From the NCBI GenBank assembly GCA_002269645.1, contig NIVC01000463.1, forward strand, positions 1 through 64,000: 64,000 bases of DNA, given 5' to 3'. The stretch comes from Macrostomum lignano (Eukaryota). Positions 25,940 through 38,200 of the stretch are shown here, one piece after another. The position numbers were made by a program, and so were the translations under genes. Each line of letters opens with the position of its first letter. Position 1 is the first letter of the stretch. The notes below the pieces were generated by a model. That model had not been told where the DNA came from. It worked only from the letters and a program-made list of their open reading frames with translations, and ran no database searches.

Positions 25940-28900
25940 GCCGCCCATCAACATCATCGGAGCGGCGCCGTGCCCGCGCCCTCGGACGGACGCCGAGCGC
26001 TCCAGAGACGCCGTCGGTTGGCCGCTGAAGTGGCGGCTGCGGCCCTGGTGAGGCGAAGCGGACGAGGCGGCGGCTCCCGAGTGAAAACCGCGTCGCAGAG
26101 TTGAAGCCAAGCTGGATTGCTTGCCCGGCTGCTTCTAGAAGATAAAAAATGTAAAAAAAGCATAAGACACTGTCAGGGTGCCAATGCGATACATTTGTAC
26201 ACTAAAGCGTCAAATTGTCCACCAAGGCGCTAAATTGTTCACTAAGGCGCCAAATTGTCCATTAAGGCGCCAAATTGTCCACTAAGGCGCCAAATTGTCC
26301 ACTAAGGCGCCAAATTGTTTACTAAGGCGCTAAATTCTCCACTAAGGCGCTAAATTGTCCACTAAGGCGCTAAATTGTTCACTAAGGCGCTAAATTGTCC
26401 ACTAAGGCGCTAAATTGTTCACTAAGGTGCTAAATCGTCCACTAAGGCGCTAAATTGTCCACTAAGGCGCTAAGAGATTGTCCACTAAGGCGCTAAATTG
26501 TCCACTAAGGCGCTAACAGATTGTCTACTAAGGTGCCAAATTGTCCTCTAAGACGCCAACAAATTGTCGACTAAGGCGCCGCCAAATTGTCCGCTAAGGC
26601 GCCGAAAAATTGTCCACTAAGGTGCCAACAAATTTTCCACAAGGCGCCGACAAATTGTCACTAAGGCGCCAAACTGTCTGTCACAAGCGTCAAATTCGGC
26701 AAGCCAGAAGCGCCAAATTGACCAAAATGCGCAGTGTAAGACGGAGGATCCGTACTGCCTCATTCCAAACAGCAAGCTCATCACTCTGCAGTAAAGTTTG
26801 TCTTTCACTCATTACAGTCAGTCACTGTCTCCCTCTCTCATCAGCAACCAACTCTCTTGGGATTTTAAAAGCTAATAAGAAGAGAAACATCCTCATTTTT
26901 TGCTTTCCACTTATACTTGCAGGCCAGGCAAAGGCATCAGGGGCGAGTTATTTAGACAGATCATAATAGTTCCCCCGGGGTAAATGGCGGAGCTGTCTGT
27001 CTGACTTGTGCCGTCTCAGTCAGTCAGCCAGTCTATCTAGATCCGTTTGTCTAGAATAGATGTTAACTTCTCTCGTCTTTCTCTCGATCAGCAAGCGGCG
27101 CGCACATACTGTATGCACACAGCATGACGCTAAATTGTTCGATGCAGCAGCAGCAGCTGCAGTTGCAGCCTCCCCCACCCCATCGCCCGCCTCTCCATCA
27201 ATACAGGCATATAATATATATATAGCTATAAGCCTTTCTATAAAAATCTCCCAGGAAGGCGAGAAAGCGAAAAATATGGGAAATAGAGTGGCGCAGCGCC
27301 TTAACCCCCCCCTCCCGGGGGGCTCATAGATCCCATATCTCCTTGCTCCCCCTCCCTAGCAGCGATATCTGCAAAACGAGAAATCCCCCCACACACACAA
27401 ATGCTTCCTTAATACTTACATATAGTTATCAGGGAAAGAAGGATGCCATTACCAGTGAACTCGGGTAGAGTTAAGAATCCATTTAGAAGCTGGGGAATTC
27501 TATAGAAACTTGGGGAATTCTATTAAAAATTAGGGATCTCTACTTAAAGTTTGGGAATTTTACTAAAAATTAGAGAATTCTACGGAAAATTGAGGAATTC
27601 TATTGAAACTTGGGGAATTCTACTTAAAACTGGGAAATTCTACTGTAAATCTGGGGAATTCTATTTGAAACTTGTAAATAATTTATTGTAATTGGAAAAA
27701 AACATTCTATCACAGATTGGAGTAAATTTCCATCACAGCTTGGGTACTTATAAGGAAGACTTTGATCGAGAATCCTATGAAAGCTTGCATCATTTCTACG
27801 AGTATAATGTGAGCTTCAAGACTAAGGGATATACAGCAGATTAGTTAATTACATAGGCTGCATGCCATCTAGCAACCAAGGCCCTTAAAAAACGAGTAGA
27901 GCGAATAGACAGACGAGCGTAGAGCCGGTCAATGAAAGTCTCATAATTATAATTAGATACAAAAATAAATAACATGGAAATTATACTAAGCCGCTAACCC
28001 ATAATACTATATTTAATAACGACTATAAAAGTACAGAAGCTTCGTGTGTAAAAAAAAACACACCCGAAGATGAGTGGAACAGCTAGAAATCGATTGGCAA
28101 AGACACGGCATTTTCAACTGGCCCTAATAAGACACACACACAACACACACACAGACAGTAAGCAGTATTGCTTTTGTCAGCCTAACTGAGAATAAAGCCA
28201 TCCAAAGTGAGAACCGATTGGTCTATGCGTCGTATTCTTTTATTTTTATACCTTCTGAGCCATATGACTAGCCAATAGCTTGAACGGAATAACGGAAACA
28301 GGAACACACTGGATGATTTCTTTTTAAAACTTTGCTTGTCCTTTATAGTCTATGGCTCATAGACTAGGCTGGACGCAGCTAGGCCCTTCGTATTCAGCGT
28401 AGGCAGGATTCTCACATTGGATGGCTTTTTATCACTTTGCTTGTCCTTTATAGTCTATGGCCCATAGACTAAGGCTGCACGCAGCCAGGCCCTTCGCAGT
28501 CAGCGTAGGCAGGATTCTCACTTTGGATGGCTTTATTCTCAGTTAGGCTGACAAAACCAATACTATATGCCTTGCATTTTGTTTCAGTCGTTTCAGTGCA
28601 TCTTACTACACCGTAACCGTAGATAGATATCTCGATAGGCAAGCGCTGTTATCAAATATATCTATGGGCATCCGGGGGTGGCGCTTTGCACTAATTGAGC
28701 AGGACAGACTAAGGGGCCTTGGTTGAAGAGGAGCTCCGGTTACAACTCAGTGAGCGACAGTAAAGTGCTCAAGAGCTTGACTGTAGAGACAGTTAACACT
28801 GCCAACGGGTGAAGAGAGACCACTATGGATATAGTGAGATTGCTATTGGGAGAGGCTGGCTTGTAGATTGGCGGATAATATGGCTGAGACAGACTTAAGA

Positions 28901-29052
28901 CATTAAAATGGCAACACGAACCGACAAACTGAGTAGACAAAAAGACAGACAGGCAGACACACACACACAGACACTAAGGCAGACAGACAGAAAGACAGAC
29001 AGACAGACTGGCCGACAGACAGGCCGACAGACAGACAGACAGACAGACAGAA

Positions 29053-29103
<51 letters not shown>

Positions 29104-32100
29104 CAGACAGACAGACACAAACAGACAGACACACAGACAGACAGACAGACACACAGACAGACACAAACAGACAGACACAAACAGACAGACAGACACACAG
29201 AAGCGGCACTCACGGAGCGGGGCAGCAGCATTGAGGTGAGGCGGGAGGTGAAGCTCTCCGACCGTTTAACCGGACGCGGCGGTGGCCGGCTGTTTTGCTG
29301 CTTCTGTTCGGCGGATTGCGGCGCAGAAAAAGCAGAAGAATTCGATGCGGAAGAAGACAAAACAGCCGAAAAAGATTGCGGCAGAGAAGGCGGAGACGGC
29401 CGGGTCTTCAAGCAGCGCGGGCAGACAACTGCGGCGCGAGAAGCTGGGAAAGCTTCATCGCTGGGATTAACCGCTACAGAAGTTTTACCTTCCTTATTTG
29501 GCATGATCTGCTTTTGGACAGATTAAATAGAAAGCTGCAGAATCTCTCGATTTAAACGGGACTGAAGTTTTGCGTCTGTGTGTCCCGGCAGCCAGTCGCC
29601 CCTCCGCCAGCTTTTATCCCCTTTCTATACAGCCAGCTGACTGTGCAGGTCGGAGAGACAGAAAAAACGGGAAGACACCGAAGAAAGAAATGATGTAGAA
29701 GCCTTGCCCAGCAACACCCTCACTCTAACTGAATCTGGTGCAGGTAAAAAAAGTTGCACGCAGAAACCCACCATCTGGCTCTTGTTGGACCTGCACGGTT
29801 CGAACATTCGGGCCCAATAACGGTAGCCCCACCCCCTGCAGCTCCCCTCCACCTTCTTCGCCATTCTAAATTATCCCCAACTACCTTAGCAACACCCCCT
29901 GTACAACGGGAAAGATTTTCCCTATAAACCTTATGCCTATGAAGTTGGAGAGAGGAAGAGAGAAACGTCAAGGAGATAAGATAAGCGATCCGGATATGAA
30001 AGGTAAACGAAGGGAAACTTTGGGCTTAGTAGAGCTTTTATATGCTTGTATGTGTAACGGATTCTAACACGTGTTTTCAATTAATATGCGTGAGCCAGTC
30101 AGTCAGTCAGTCAGTCAGTCAGTCAGTCAGTCAGTCAGTCAGTCAGTCAGTCAGTCAGTCAGTCAGTCAGTCAGTCAGTCAGTCAGTCAGTCAGTCAGTC
30201 AGTCAGTCAGTCAGTCAGTCAGTCAGTCAGTCAGTCAGTCAGTCAGTCAGTCAGTCAGTCAGTCAGTCAGTCAGTCAGTCAGTCAGTCAGTCAGTCAGTC
30301 AGTCAGTCAGTCAGTCAGTCAGTCAGTCAGTCAGTCAGTCAGTCAGTCAGTCAGTCAGTCAGTCAGTCAGTCAGTCAGTCAGTCAGTCAGTCAGTCAGTC
30401 AGTCAGTCAGTCAGTCAGTCAGTCAGTCAGTCAGTCAGTCAGTCAGTCAGTCAGTCAGTCAGTCAGTCAGTCAGTCAGTCAGTCAGTCAGTCAGTCAGTC
30501 AGTCAGTCAGTCAGTCAGTCAGTCAGTCAGTCAGTCAGTCAGTCAGTCAGTCAGTCAGTCAGTCAGTCAGTCAGTCAGTCAGTCAGTCAGTCAGTCAGTC
30601 AGTCAGTCAGTCAGTCAGTCAGTCAGTCAGTCAGTCAGTCAGTCAGTCAGTCAGTCAGTCAGTCAGTCAGTCAGTCAGTCAGTCAGTCAGTCAGTCAGTC
30701 AGTCAGTCAGTCAGAGTAGAACTGCTCTGCCCTCTGACACTTTACACAGGCTATTCAAATGCACAGATTCAAGTTGAAGAGTCTCTGATAACATTTCAGT
30801 AAACGGATTAATAATAAAATTATTCCAAAAACAACTGATTCGCAAACAATGAATAGTTAGCCAAACTAAAAGAAGAAAATGCCTGCAATATAAAAGCATA
30901 GAAACAGAAGCTATGAAGCAAAACCGATGAACGAGATGGATAGAAAAGCACAGAGCAACAGGCCTAGCAAGCGGAACAGCAATGTTTGCTGTATATAAAT
31001 ATTTATACCGAGTCCCATGCGGATAAAAGTGGAGCATAGGCTTAAAAGGTTTACAGCTTATTCATTCTATTCTAGGACTTTACAAGTGCCCAACTACATA
31101 GTATTAAACCAACCGCCCTGTTGAGCGAGGACGCGGTTCATTCATTCTCATTTTTCAAGAGTTGCTGCACTTTATACACACCGCAAATTTAGCGATTGAA
31201 TGTCCACTTAAAGCTCCACAAAAAAAGCAATCACGTGGCTAACTGATCCTCAATCTCGTCTCCGACACGTACTCGCTTCATCCCCAAGCTCTGCCAATGC
31301 AAACAAAGTTCATGGCATGTTTCCAAGCGTTATATGAACTGCTGCTATAGGATTTATTACAATACGGTAGCTCAAAGGACTTATTGATCACTAGAAGGAA
31401 TATAAAATAGAGAAATGTTCTATGAAGAACTGATACTTTCTTCGTAGCGAGATTAGAATTTCTGCGATTGATATGAGGGTTGCTGCGATCGATATGGAGG
31501 TTGCTGCGATCGATATGGGTGGGGGTTGCTGCGATCGATATTGGGGTTGCTGCGATCGATATGGGTGGGGGTTGCTGCGATCGATATGGGTGGGGGTTGC
31601 TGCGATCGATATGGGTGGGGGTTGCTGCGATCGATATGGGTGGGGGTTGCTGCGATCGATATGGGTGGGGGTTGCTGCGATCGATATTGGGGTTGCTGCG
31701 ATCGATATGGGTGGGGGTTGCTGCGATCGATATGGGGGTTGCTACGACCGATATGGGTGGGGGTTGCTGCGATCGATACTGGGGGTTGCTTCAATCGATA
31801 TGGGGGCCACTTAGATCGATACTGGGATGTTGCTGCAATTGTGATTGAAATTTCTGCTTTTCTGAAGCCTCTAAGATCTTAGATGGAGGTTAATTTATAA
31901 ATTTAATTTTTTTCTGAGACTAAGATTAGGGGGTTACAATAATCGACGCAATGGAGTTTCTAAATTGAAACACAGGCATCGAGAGAGTACAGACATGCCT
32001 GACGATTAGAAAGTCAAAGGGCCCGCTGTACACCCTGTGTGAGCGTGTGTATTCGAGTGCGCGCCTAAGTACAGTATTGGCGCGCATTTATGCGTGCTCA

Positions 32101-33160
32101 GGTGTCAGCGGAATAAGCAGAATTGCCTCAGCGCTGGGCATAACCCACTTTATGTAAACTTCGAGCAACCTGCTGGCCAAGCGCCACTCACCCAGCTGGT
32201 GTACTCCTTAACCTCGTGGTTGAGCGTGTGCCCGCCAGCAGTCACCCCGGTCCAGAAGCACTCCTGGCACAGATTAAACGAACCGATGCACTGTTGGCAT
32301 TTGTACCGAAAGCCCAATATCGGCTCCTGGCCGCACACCGAGCACCTCACTGGATGGCTGGCGGTAGTCTGCAGCCGATGAAATGTCGTCAGCCAGAGCA
32401 GCGGCTGTGGAGCGGCGTCTTCGGCTAGAAGAATTTCCAAGAAATGCAACAGACCGGCGCACTGAGACAGAAAGCAGCAGGTGTCCGGCTGGTAATAGAA
32501 ATTATTCTGTTCGAATACTCCGGCAGGTAAGGATAGCAGTTCGATGGTGTAAGCCTGGGCTTTAGTGCGATCTAGCACCCCAGTAACCGGGTCGCATATG
32601 AGCGTGAAATGATAGCGCAATTTATCAATAGGCTTAGCGTTGCACAGTACAGACATGGCCACTTTAGCGCCTAGTGCGGTCATTCGCTGGCCGAAGCCGA
32701 ACTGCGATCTGGCAAACAGCCAAGCGTGCAGCATGCCGGCCAGTTCCTGCAGGTAGTTCTCGTGAGCGCCGGCCACTTCGGCTGAGTTGGCCAGCCCGAG
32801 CCGCTTGTTCAACTGATCGTACAGGGTGCATAGCAACTGTTCGAGCTGTTCCGGGCTCAGCTCGGCATCATATTCGAGCACGTGAAAATGGGCCAGTCTG
32901 AAGCATTCGATCAAGGTGTACAGGTCAACCAGGTGGAGGCTGACTCGACGTTGGATGAAGCGCAGTTTCATTGCTGTTCGATAGGCGGCGAAACGGATGC
33001 GATCTAGCTGGGACTGTTCTGTTTGAGTTGCATGAGGATAGAACGCTAATTGCAGATCCAACTAAAACTATTACTTTAAAATTAAATAGGGTTTTGAAAA
33101 AACCTGCTACTTACTTAAATCCTGCAGTAGCTTTTTGTAGTACACGGATGATGATGTCAT
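22345..33160 (-). CDS. dyb: Dystrobrevin
   Basis: complement(join 33160..33115, 33018..32192, 26134..25786, 24287..23945, 23071..22345), phases consistent; the exon-2 acceptor could alternatively be ~33046. Hallmarks: [19 protein letters not shown] (EF-hand region), ZZ finger HPVRCSVC...GFRYKCQQC...LCQECFW...[31 protein letters not shown], and coiled coils [36 protein letters not shown]. No WW domain or spectrin repeats. Confidence 0.93.
23110..23720. repeat. 19-bp minisatellite TTTCTAAGAATCACGTCTG
   Basis: Direct inspection; intronic. Confidence 0.9.
24305..24575 (+). repeat. 33-bp minisatellite built from a tRNA T-arm/B-box (GGCCCGGGTTCGATTCC)
   Basis: Period 33 (24481 to 24514). Each of ~8 units carries GGTTCGATTCC or a close variant. 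Confidence 0.85.
25003..25770. repeat. 30-bp minisatellite TCATCCCAAATCTCCCAGATTCCCTTCTAG
   Basis: Period 30; intronic. Confidence 0.95.
26215..26700. repeat. 20-bp minisatellite CACTAAGGCGCCAAATTGTC
   Basis: Direct inspection. Confidence 0.9.
27490..27660. repeat. 21-bp degenerate repeat TTGGGGAATTCTATTGAAAC
   Basis: About 8 imperfect units. Confidence 0.75.
28950..29200. repeat. (GACA)n microsatellite
   Basis: Direct inspection. Confidence 0.95.
29214..29507 (-). CDS. Probable alternative (cassette or alternative first) exon of dystrobrevin, 98 codons
   Basis: AAGCAG| acceptor, open frame IMPNKEGK...CPRC...[17 protein letters not shown], consensus donor TCC|GTGAGT. Phase 0/0 matches the host intron (TSW|KQPGK). 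Confidence 0.55.
30096..30711. repeat. Perfect (CAGT)n microsatellite, 154 units
   Basis: Direct inspection. Confidence 0.98.
31470..31830. repeat. 25/19-bp minisatellite GTTGCTGCGATCGATATGGGTGGGG
   Basis: Direct inspection. Confidence 0.9.
31985..32140 (+). mobile_element. SINE family fragment (central/3' part)
   Basis: ACATGCCTGACGATTAGAAAGTCAAAGGGCCCGCTGTACACCCTGTGTGAG core shared with the other copies. Confidence 0.75.
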
Positions 33161-34202
33161 GGTGGACCAGAGAGAGATTCCCTGCCCTGAAATAATTCAT
33201 ACCATAAATTATCTGTGATAAATTCGGTGAAAGCTAAAGTCTTTCTCTAAATTTAAAAATTATATTTGTATACAAGTTGCAAAAAATTGAAATCATAAAA
33301 GACATATGTTAATATCACGGTTGTAATAAAGTTAAACCTTAGCAGTAAAATTGATCTTTACAATTTATATTTTTCATTGTCATTATTTATAAATAAAATG
33401 TACTTTAATGATATTAAACAGTAAACACAAAAAGTACAAATTATTTTATATATTTTTGCTGCTTAAAATGATATAAAACTTTTAGAAATTAGTTTTAGAA
33501 ATCTCTAGGCCTGCTATGGAATTATTAGTAGACCATAGTTCATAGCTTAGAGTACAAATAATGAAAGACAAATTCCATCTAAGAAATTAAAAATCACATA
33601 GAAGTAATGCTATCTTGATTTTAGTTTAATTGTGAATTTTATTTCATAGATTTTATAACAAAAATTACCAACAAACTATCTATAAAACATGCTATTTCTT
33701 ATTTTAGGATTTATGCCTAGGCTAAAAAATATTATAATACAATGTATCAAAGGTAGACCTAGAGTATAAAGGCCAAGGGGACTAAGGACCCATTTGCTAT
33801 GGCCAGAAATAGATCATAATTTCTTTGGCTTGTATTTTTTACCTTATTTTGCCTGTTCTAGTTGATTGGTATAGCTTGCCTCCCCAGAAAAAACTTTTTA
33901 GGTAGGTCCAAGTCCACCCTTAATTACCAAAAATTTTTTATTTAACCTAAGCCAAGATATTTCTTTGTCAATTGAAGTCTAAGTTAAATAAAGAACGCTT
34001 AAATTTTTTTTCAGCTAGATCTTCATATGTTAGCTAATAGCTATTATCTAGTCGAAAAACTAGAAAATTAGGAATAGATTGTGATATTATTATTGTCATT
34101 GAGTCCTTTGCTCAAAAATTTTGGATAATTAAAGAGTATTCAAAAAGCGCAATATTCGCATCAAAATTTTTAAAAATCATGCTATGACTAAACCTGTGGT
34201 TC

Positions 34203-34569
34203 AGGGGGGGGGGGGGCGTAGCCCAGCGGTCTAGCGCAGGCTCTTGTGTGCCAGCGACCCATGCTCGATTCCAATTGCAGTCACATTAATTTGGGGCTGA
34301 ATTGGAATCTCGGCTTGGCTCTGCTCGTGCAATTAACGGCCTTGAGAGCCAACCCCCCAAGGCGCAGTGAAGTGTACATGCCTAACGATAAAATAAAGTT
34401 TAGGGCCGCTGTACACTCCTGTGTGAGTGTGTGACTGCGTACGTATCCGCGCGCTTGTATGCCTGCTCAGGGGAGTCGGTGGAATGGGCAATAATGCTTC
34501 TCGCCGGTTGTGTGCCTATGTCGCTTAAAGTGCGCCAGAGTGCACACAACCCCTCTGCCTCTAATAAAA
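34203..34569 (+). mobile_element. Full-length tRNA-derived SINE
   Basis: A box TAGCCCAGCGG (34219-34229), B-box-like GCTCGATTCC (34263-34272), AATAAAAAA tail, 13-bp TSD AAACCTGTGGTTC (34190-34202 and 34570-34582). Four related partial copies in the window. Confidence 0.9.
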
Positions 34570-35200
34570 AAACCTGTGGTTCTAACTAGACACAAAAGAC
34601 TTCAGCACTTAGCAAATCGTTGAGGCGCGATAACTCAATTTGAGATATTTAAGTCTTTCGTAGAAAAATGTAGTTTTGAAATCTATACTTATTTGCTTGT
34701 TCAAGAATTTGTCTTGTAAATAAAGAGTTAAAAAATATTTTTATTCAACTTGTAGTTATTTACCTTTTGGACAATTTAACATTTTAAGAAAGTTGTTTTA
34801 TTACTTTTTGAGGAAATTTGCTTTCCAAGAAATGTTTCTAAAAATAACACTTGTCAAGAGTCACGTATTGGCATTCACACTTTCTTTAAGTTTAATGAAC
34901 TGTAATAATTACCAGGTAGACTACACTGCTTTAACTGTATTCGTATCTGAAGTCCGTGTTTGTTTAATTTTTAATTAAAATATTGATTTTTAGCATACAT
35001 TTATTATTATTATTACTAATGCATATCTGCATTTTGTATAGTCTATAGAATCTGTTTCACTGTTTGACTGTCTTCTGTCTGCCTTAGGCCTATTTTTTGC
35101 TTTCCGAACAAGCCTAGCAGTAAGCCCTAGCAGGTTTGTTTTTGCTGTCATTGTCTTAAAACCGAATAAACTAGTCTATCTACATAGATAGCATTTCCAT

Positions 35201-38200
35201 ATGCCTATTGATTCTAGAATGCAGAGTTTTGAAATAGGCATCAACCTGCGAGTAACAGAATGCATGAATCAGGGTATGCGTGCATACATGGAAGATTTTG
35301 CAACATATTACTTTGAAAAGTGCCCAGACAAGCCTGAATCTGATCGCATTAAATTTGCCTACTTTGGTGTTTTTGATGGTCATGGTGGAGCTGAAGCAGC
35401 TAAATTTGCTAAGTCTCATCTATTGAGTGAAATAAAGAAGATTGATGGCTTTTGGTCAAATGATGACAATGCTGTTCTTGAAGCTATAAGACAAGGCTTC
35501 ATTAATACCCACAAAGCAATGTGGAATGAGCGAGGTAAGCTCTATACTAATTTTTAATTTTTGTTTAAAAAATGCTAATAGGCCTAGCATTGACTAAATC
35601 TTTTTGCATTTTATAAGGCTTATTTTAAAATATAAAAATGTTAGTTCCAATCAATTACTTTTTATTTTTTACTCTATTGTACAAAGCATTATATAAACCA
35701 TTAGGGCCTAGGCATTATATTATAATAAACTATTTTAAATATATGGTTTAATTTTTGATAAAAATAAAGAATATTATTATTAAAAAGTAAGCAAAAAGAC
35801 AGATATAATTATTAATGTGACTATGAGCATAAAATAAAATATAAAATATATGATGAACTATGCCTTATATAGGATATACTATTATATATATTATGATATG
35901 TCATGTCAATACACTACACTGTCTAAATCTATATTAATATATGGCACCTTTTTTGTCTAAACCAAATGCATATCTAGGTCTAAGAGAAAAACTTTAAGTG
36001 TGCTATATGATTTTAAAATAGAAAATTGCATACAATTTTTATTATAAAATATACAAGTTTTTGTTTGGCATTTGAATTTTATAAGCAATTCTTTATAGGC
36101 TTTTCTATACAAAGTAATGAATATCTAAAAAGAAATGTTATAATTCTTTCTTTAATATTAAAATAGTACTCATTGACTTTGCTTTTAAATTCATAACAAA
36201 TGCAATATGTTTATACTAGATGGATCTAGTTAAACAAGTTTGTTAGTAAATGTGCATAACTAAATTACTTTATCAACAATATCTAGGCTATTAGCTAATA
36301 AGTTAACAACTATAGATATATAAAGTATTAACAATGATGTATTATTATGTATTATGATGTATTAATGTATTATTACTTTTCTATTGTTCTTCTTTCTTCT
36401 AACTGCCTACAAATCTATTACAATTATTTCCCTAATTTATCCTAAAAATAGCAACTAATCTACCCCAAAAATTGCCAATTCTAATGAACAATCACCTTCA
36501 AATTGCTGAGGCTAACTATGAGGTCCCAAATCTATTGAAAGAATTGCTACAAATCCACCCTAGAAATAGCCCTAAATTCACTAAAAAACTCTAATTAATT
36601 ACAATTATTGCTAAGGCTCACTCACTAAAATTGCCCTTATAGATCCCAAGAATCATCCTTAATTCTTCATTACAATCGCTCTTAATCCCCCATTGGAATC
36701 ACCCTAATCCACCCCAATAATCACTCTAATCCACCTCAAGAATCACTCTAATCCACCCCAATAATCACTCTAACCCACCAGGAATCGCCCCTAATCTCCC
36801 CATTTGAATCACTAATCCACCACAAGAATCGCTCTAATCCACCCCAGAAATCGCCTCTAATCTTCCCATTTGGATCACTGTAATACACCCCAAGAATCGC
36901 CCCTAATCCCCCAAAAAGAATTGGCTTTGATCCACCCCAGGAATTGCCCTTAATCTCCCTTTAGAATCGCCCTTGATCCCCACTAGAATCACCGCTTAGA
37001 GTCCCCATGAACCGAGCCGAACTCTTAAATGCGGAAGAATATTTCTTGACCAATTTAGAATCTCTATAAAATCAAGCTTAAGATAGGCTAACATAGTTAA
37101 CCAATCAATGTTGAATAGCCACAGAGTCACGTGACGCACCCACAATTGTCCCCTACAACAACCCGCCAGGCAACTGGGCCAAGACTTCGCGCGGTTTAGA
37201 CAGCACAGCCGGCACCACAGCCTCCATTGCTATTGTGCGCAATCGTAAACTCTACACTGGCCACGTTGGCGACTCGGCCATTGTGCTGGGCTGTCGGGAC
37301 ACCCGCGAACAATCCCGCGATCTGTGGCACGCTCAAGCACTCACGGTTGAGCACAAGCCGTCAAACCCGAAGGAGCGAGAGCGTATCGAACGGGCCGGCG
37401 GCAGTCTGATGCGCAAAGGCGGCGTCTATCGGGTTGTGTGGCGCCGGCCAGCTCAGTCGAGCGGCGCCGATTCGTCTCCTCAGCAACAGCAGCAGCGCCA
37501 GTTATTTGAATCGGTGCCATTCCTAGCCGTAGCCCGTTCCCTGGGCGATTTATGGTCCTACGATAAAAACTCTTCGGAATTCCACGTTTCCCCAGAGCCG
37601 GACGTGCAGTGCATCAATTTGGATTATAGCAAGCACAAGTGCCTCATATTGGGTTCCGACGGATTGTGGAATATGGTTGCCCCGATAGCGCCGTTGAGAT
37701 GGTGCACATCTGCGAGAGATCCACAGAGAATAAGGTATTGTTATTGGAATTTGCTTTGTTTATATAAGATTTCTATAAGAAAATGGGTCTGTATTCTAAG
37801 AAACAGAGCTGCTATTTCAAGAAATTGGGTCTGTATTCTAAGAAACAGAGCTTCTTTTCCGAAAACTGGGTCTGTATTCTAAGAAACAGAGCTGCTATTT
37901 CAAGAAATTGGGTCTGTATTCTAACAAACAGAGCTTCTTCTCCGAAAACTGGGTCTGTATTCTAAGAAACAGAGCTGCTATTCCAAAAAACTGGGTCTGT
38001 ATTCTAAGAAACAGAGCTACTATTCCAAGAAACTGGGTCTGTATTCTAACAAACAGAGCTTCTTTTCCGAAAACTGGGTCTGTTTTCTAAGAAACAGAGC
38101 TTCTTTTCCGAAAACTGGGTCTGTATTCTAAGAAACAGAGCTGCTATTCCAAAAAACTGGGTCTGTATTCTAAGAAACAGAGCTTCTATTCCAAGAAACT

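Noticed and set aside
29236-29526. Plus-strand ORF 29236-29526
   Set aside because: No supporting splice or start context on +; the minus frame has a canonical donor and fits dystrobrevin phase.
31995-32040. Hammerhead ribozyme in the SINE core (CTGACGA...GAAA)
   Set aside because: Only 3 nt separate CUGACGA and GAAA (no helix II), GAAA is mutated in three of five copies, and there is no NUH cleavage triplet at the expected position.
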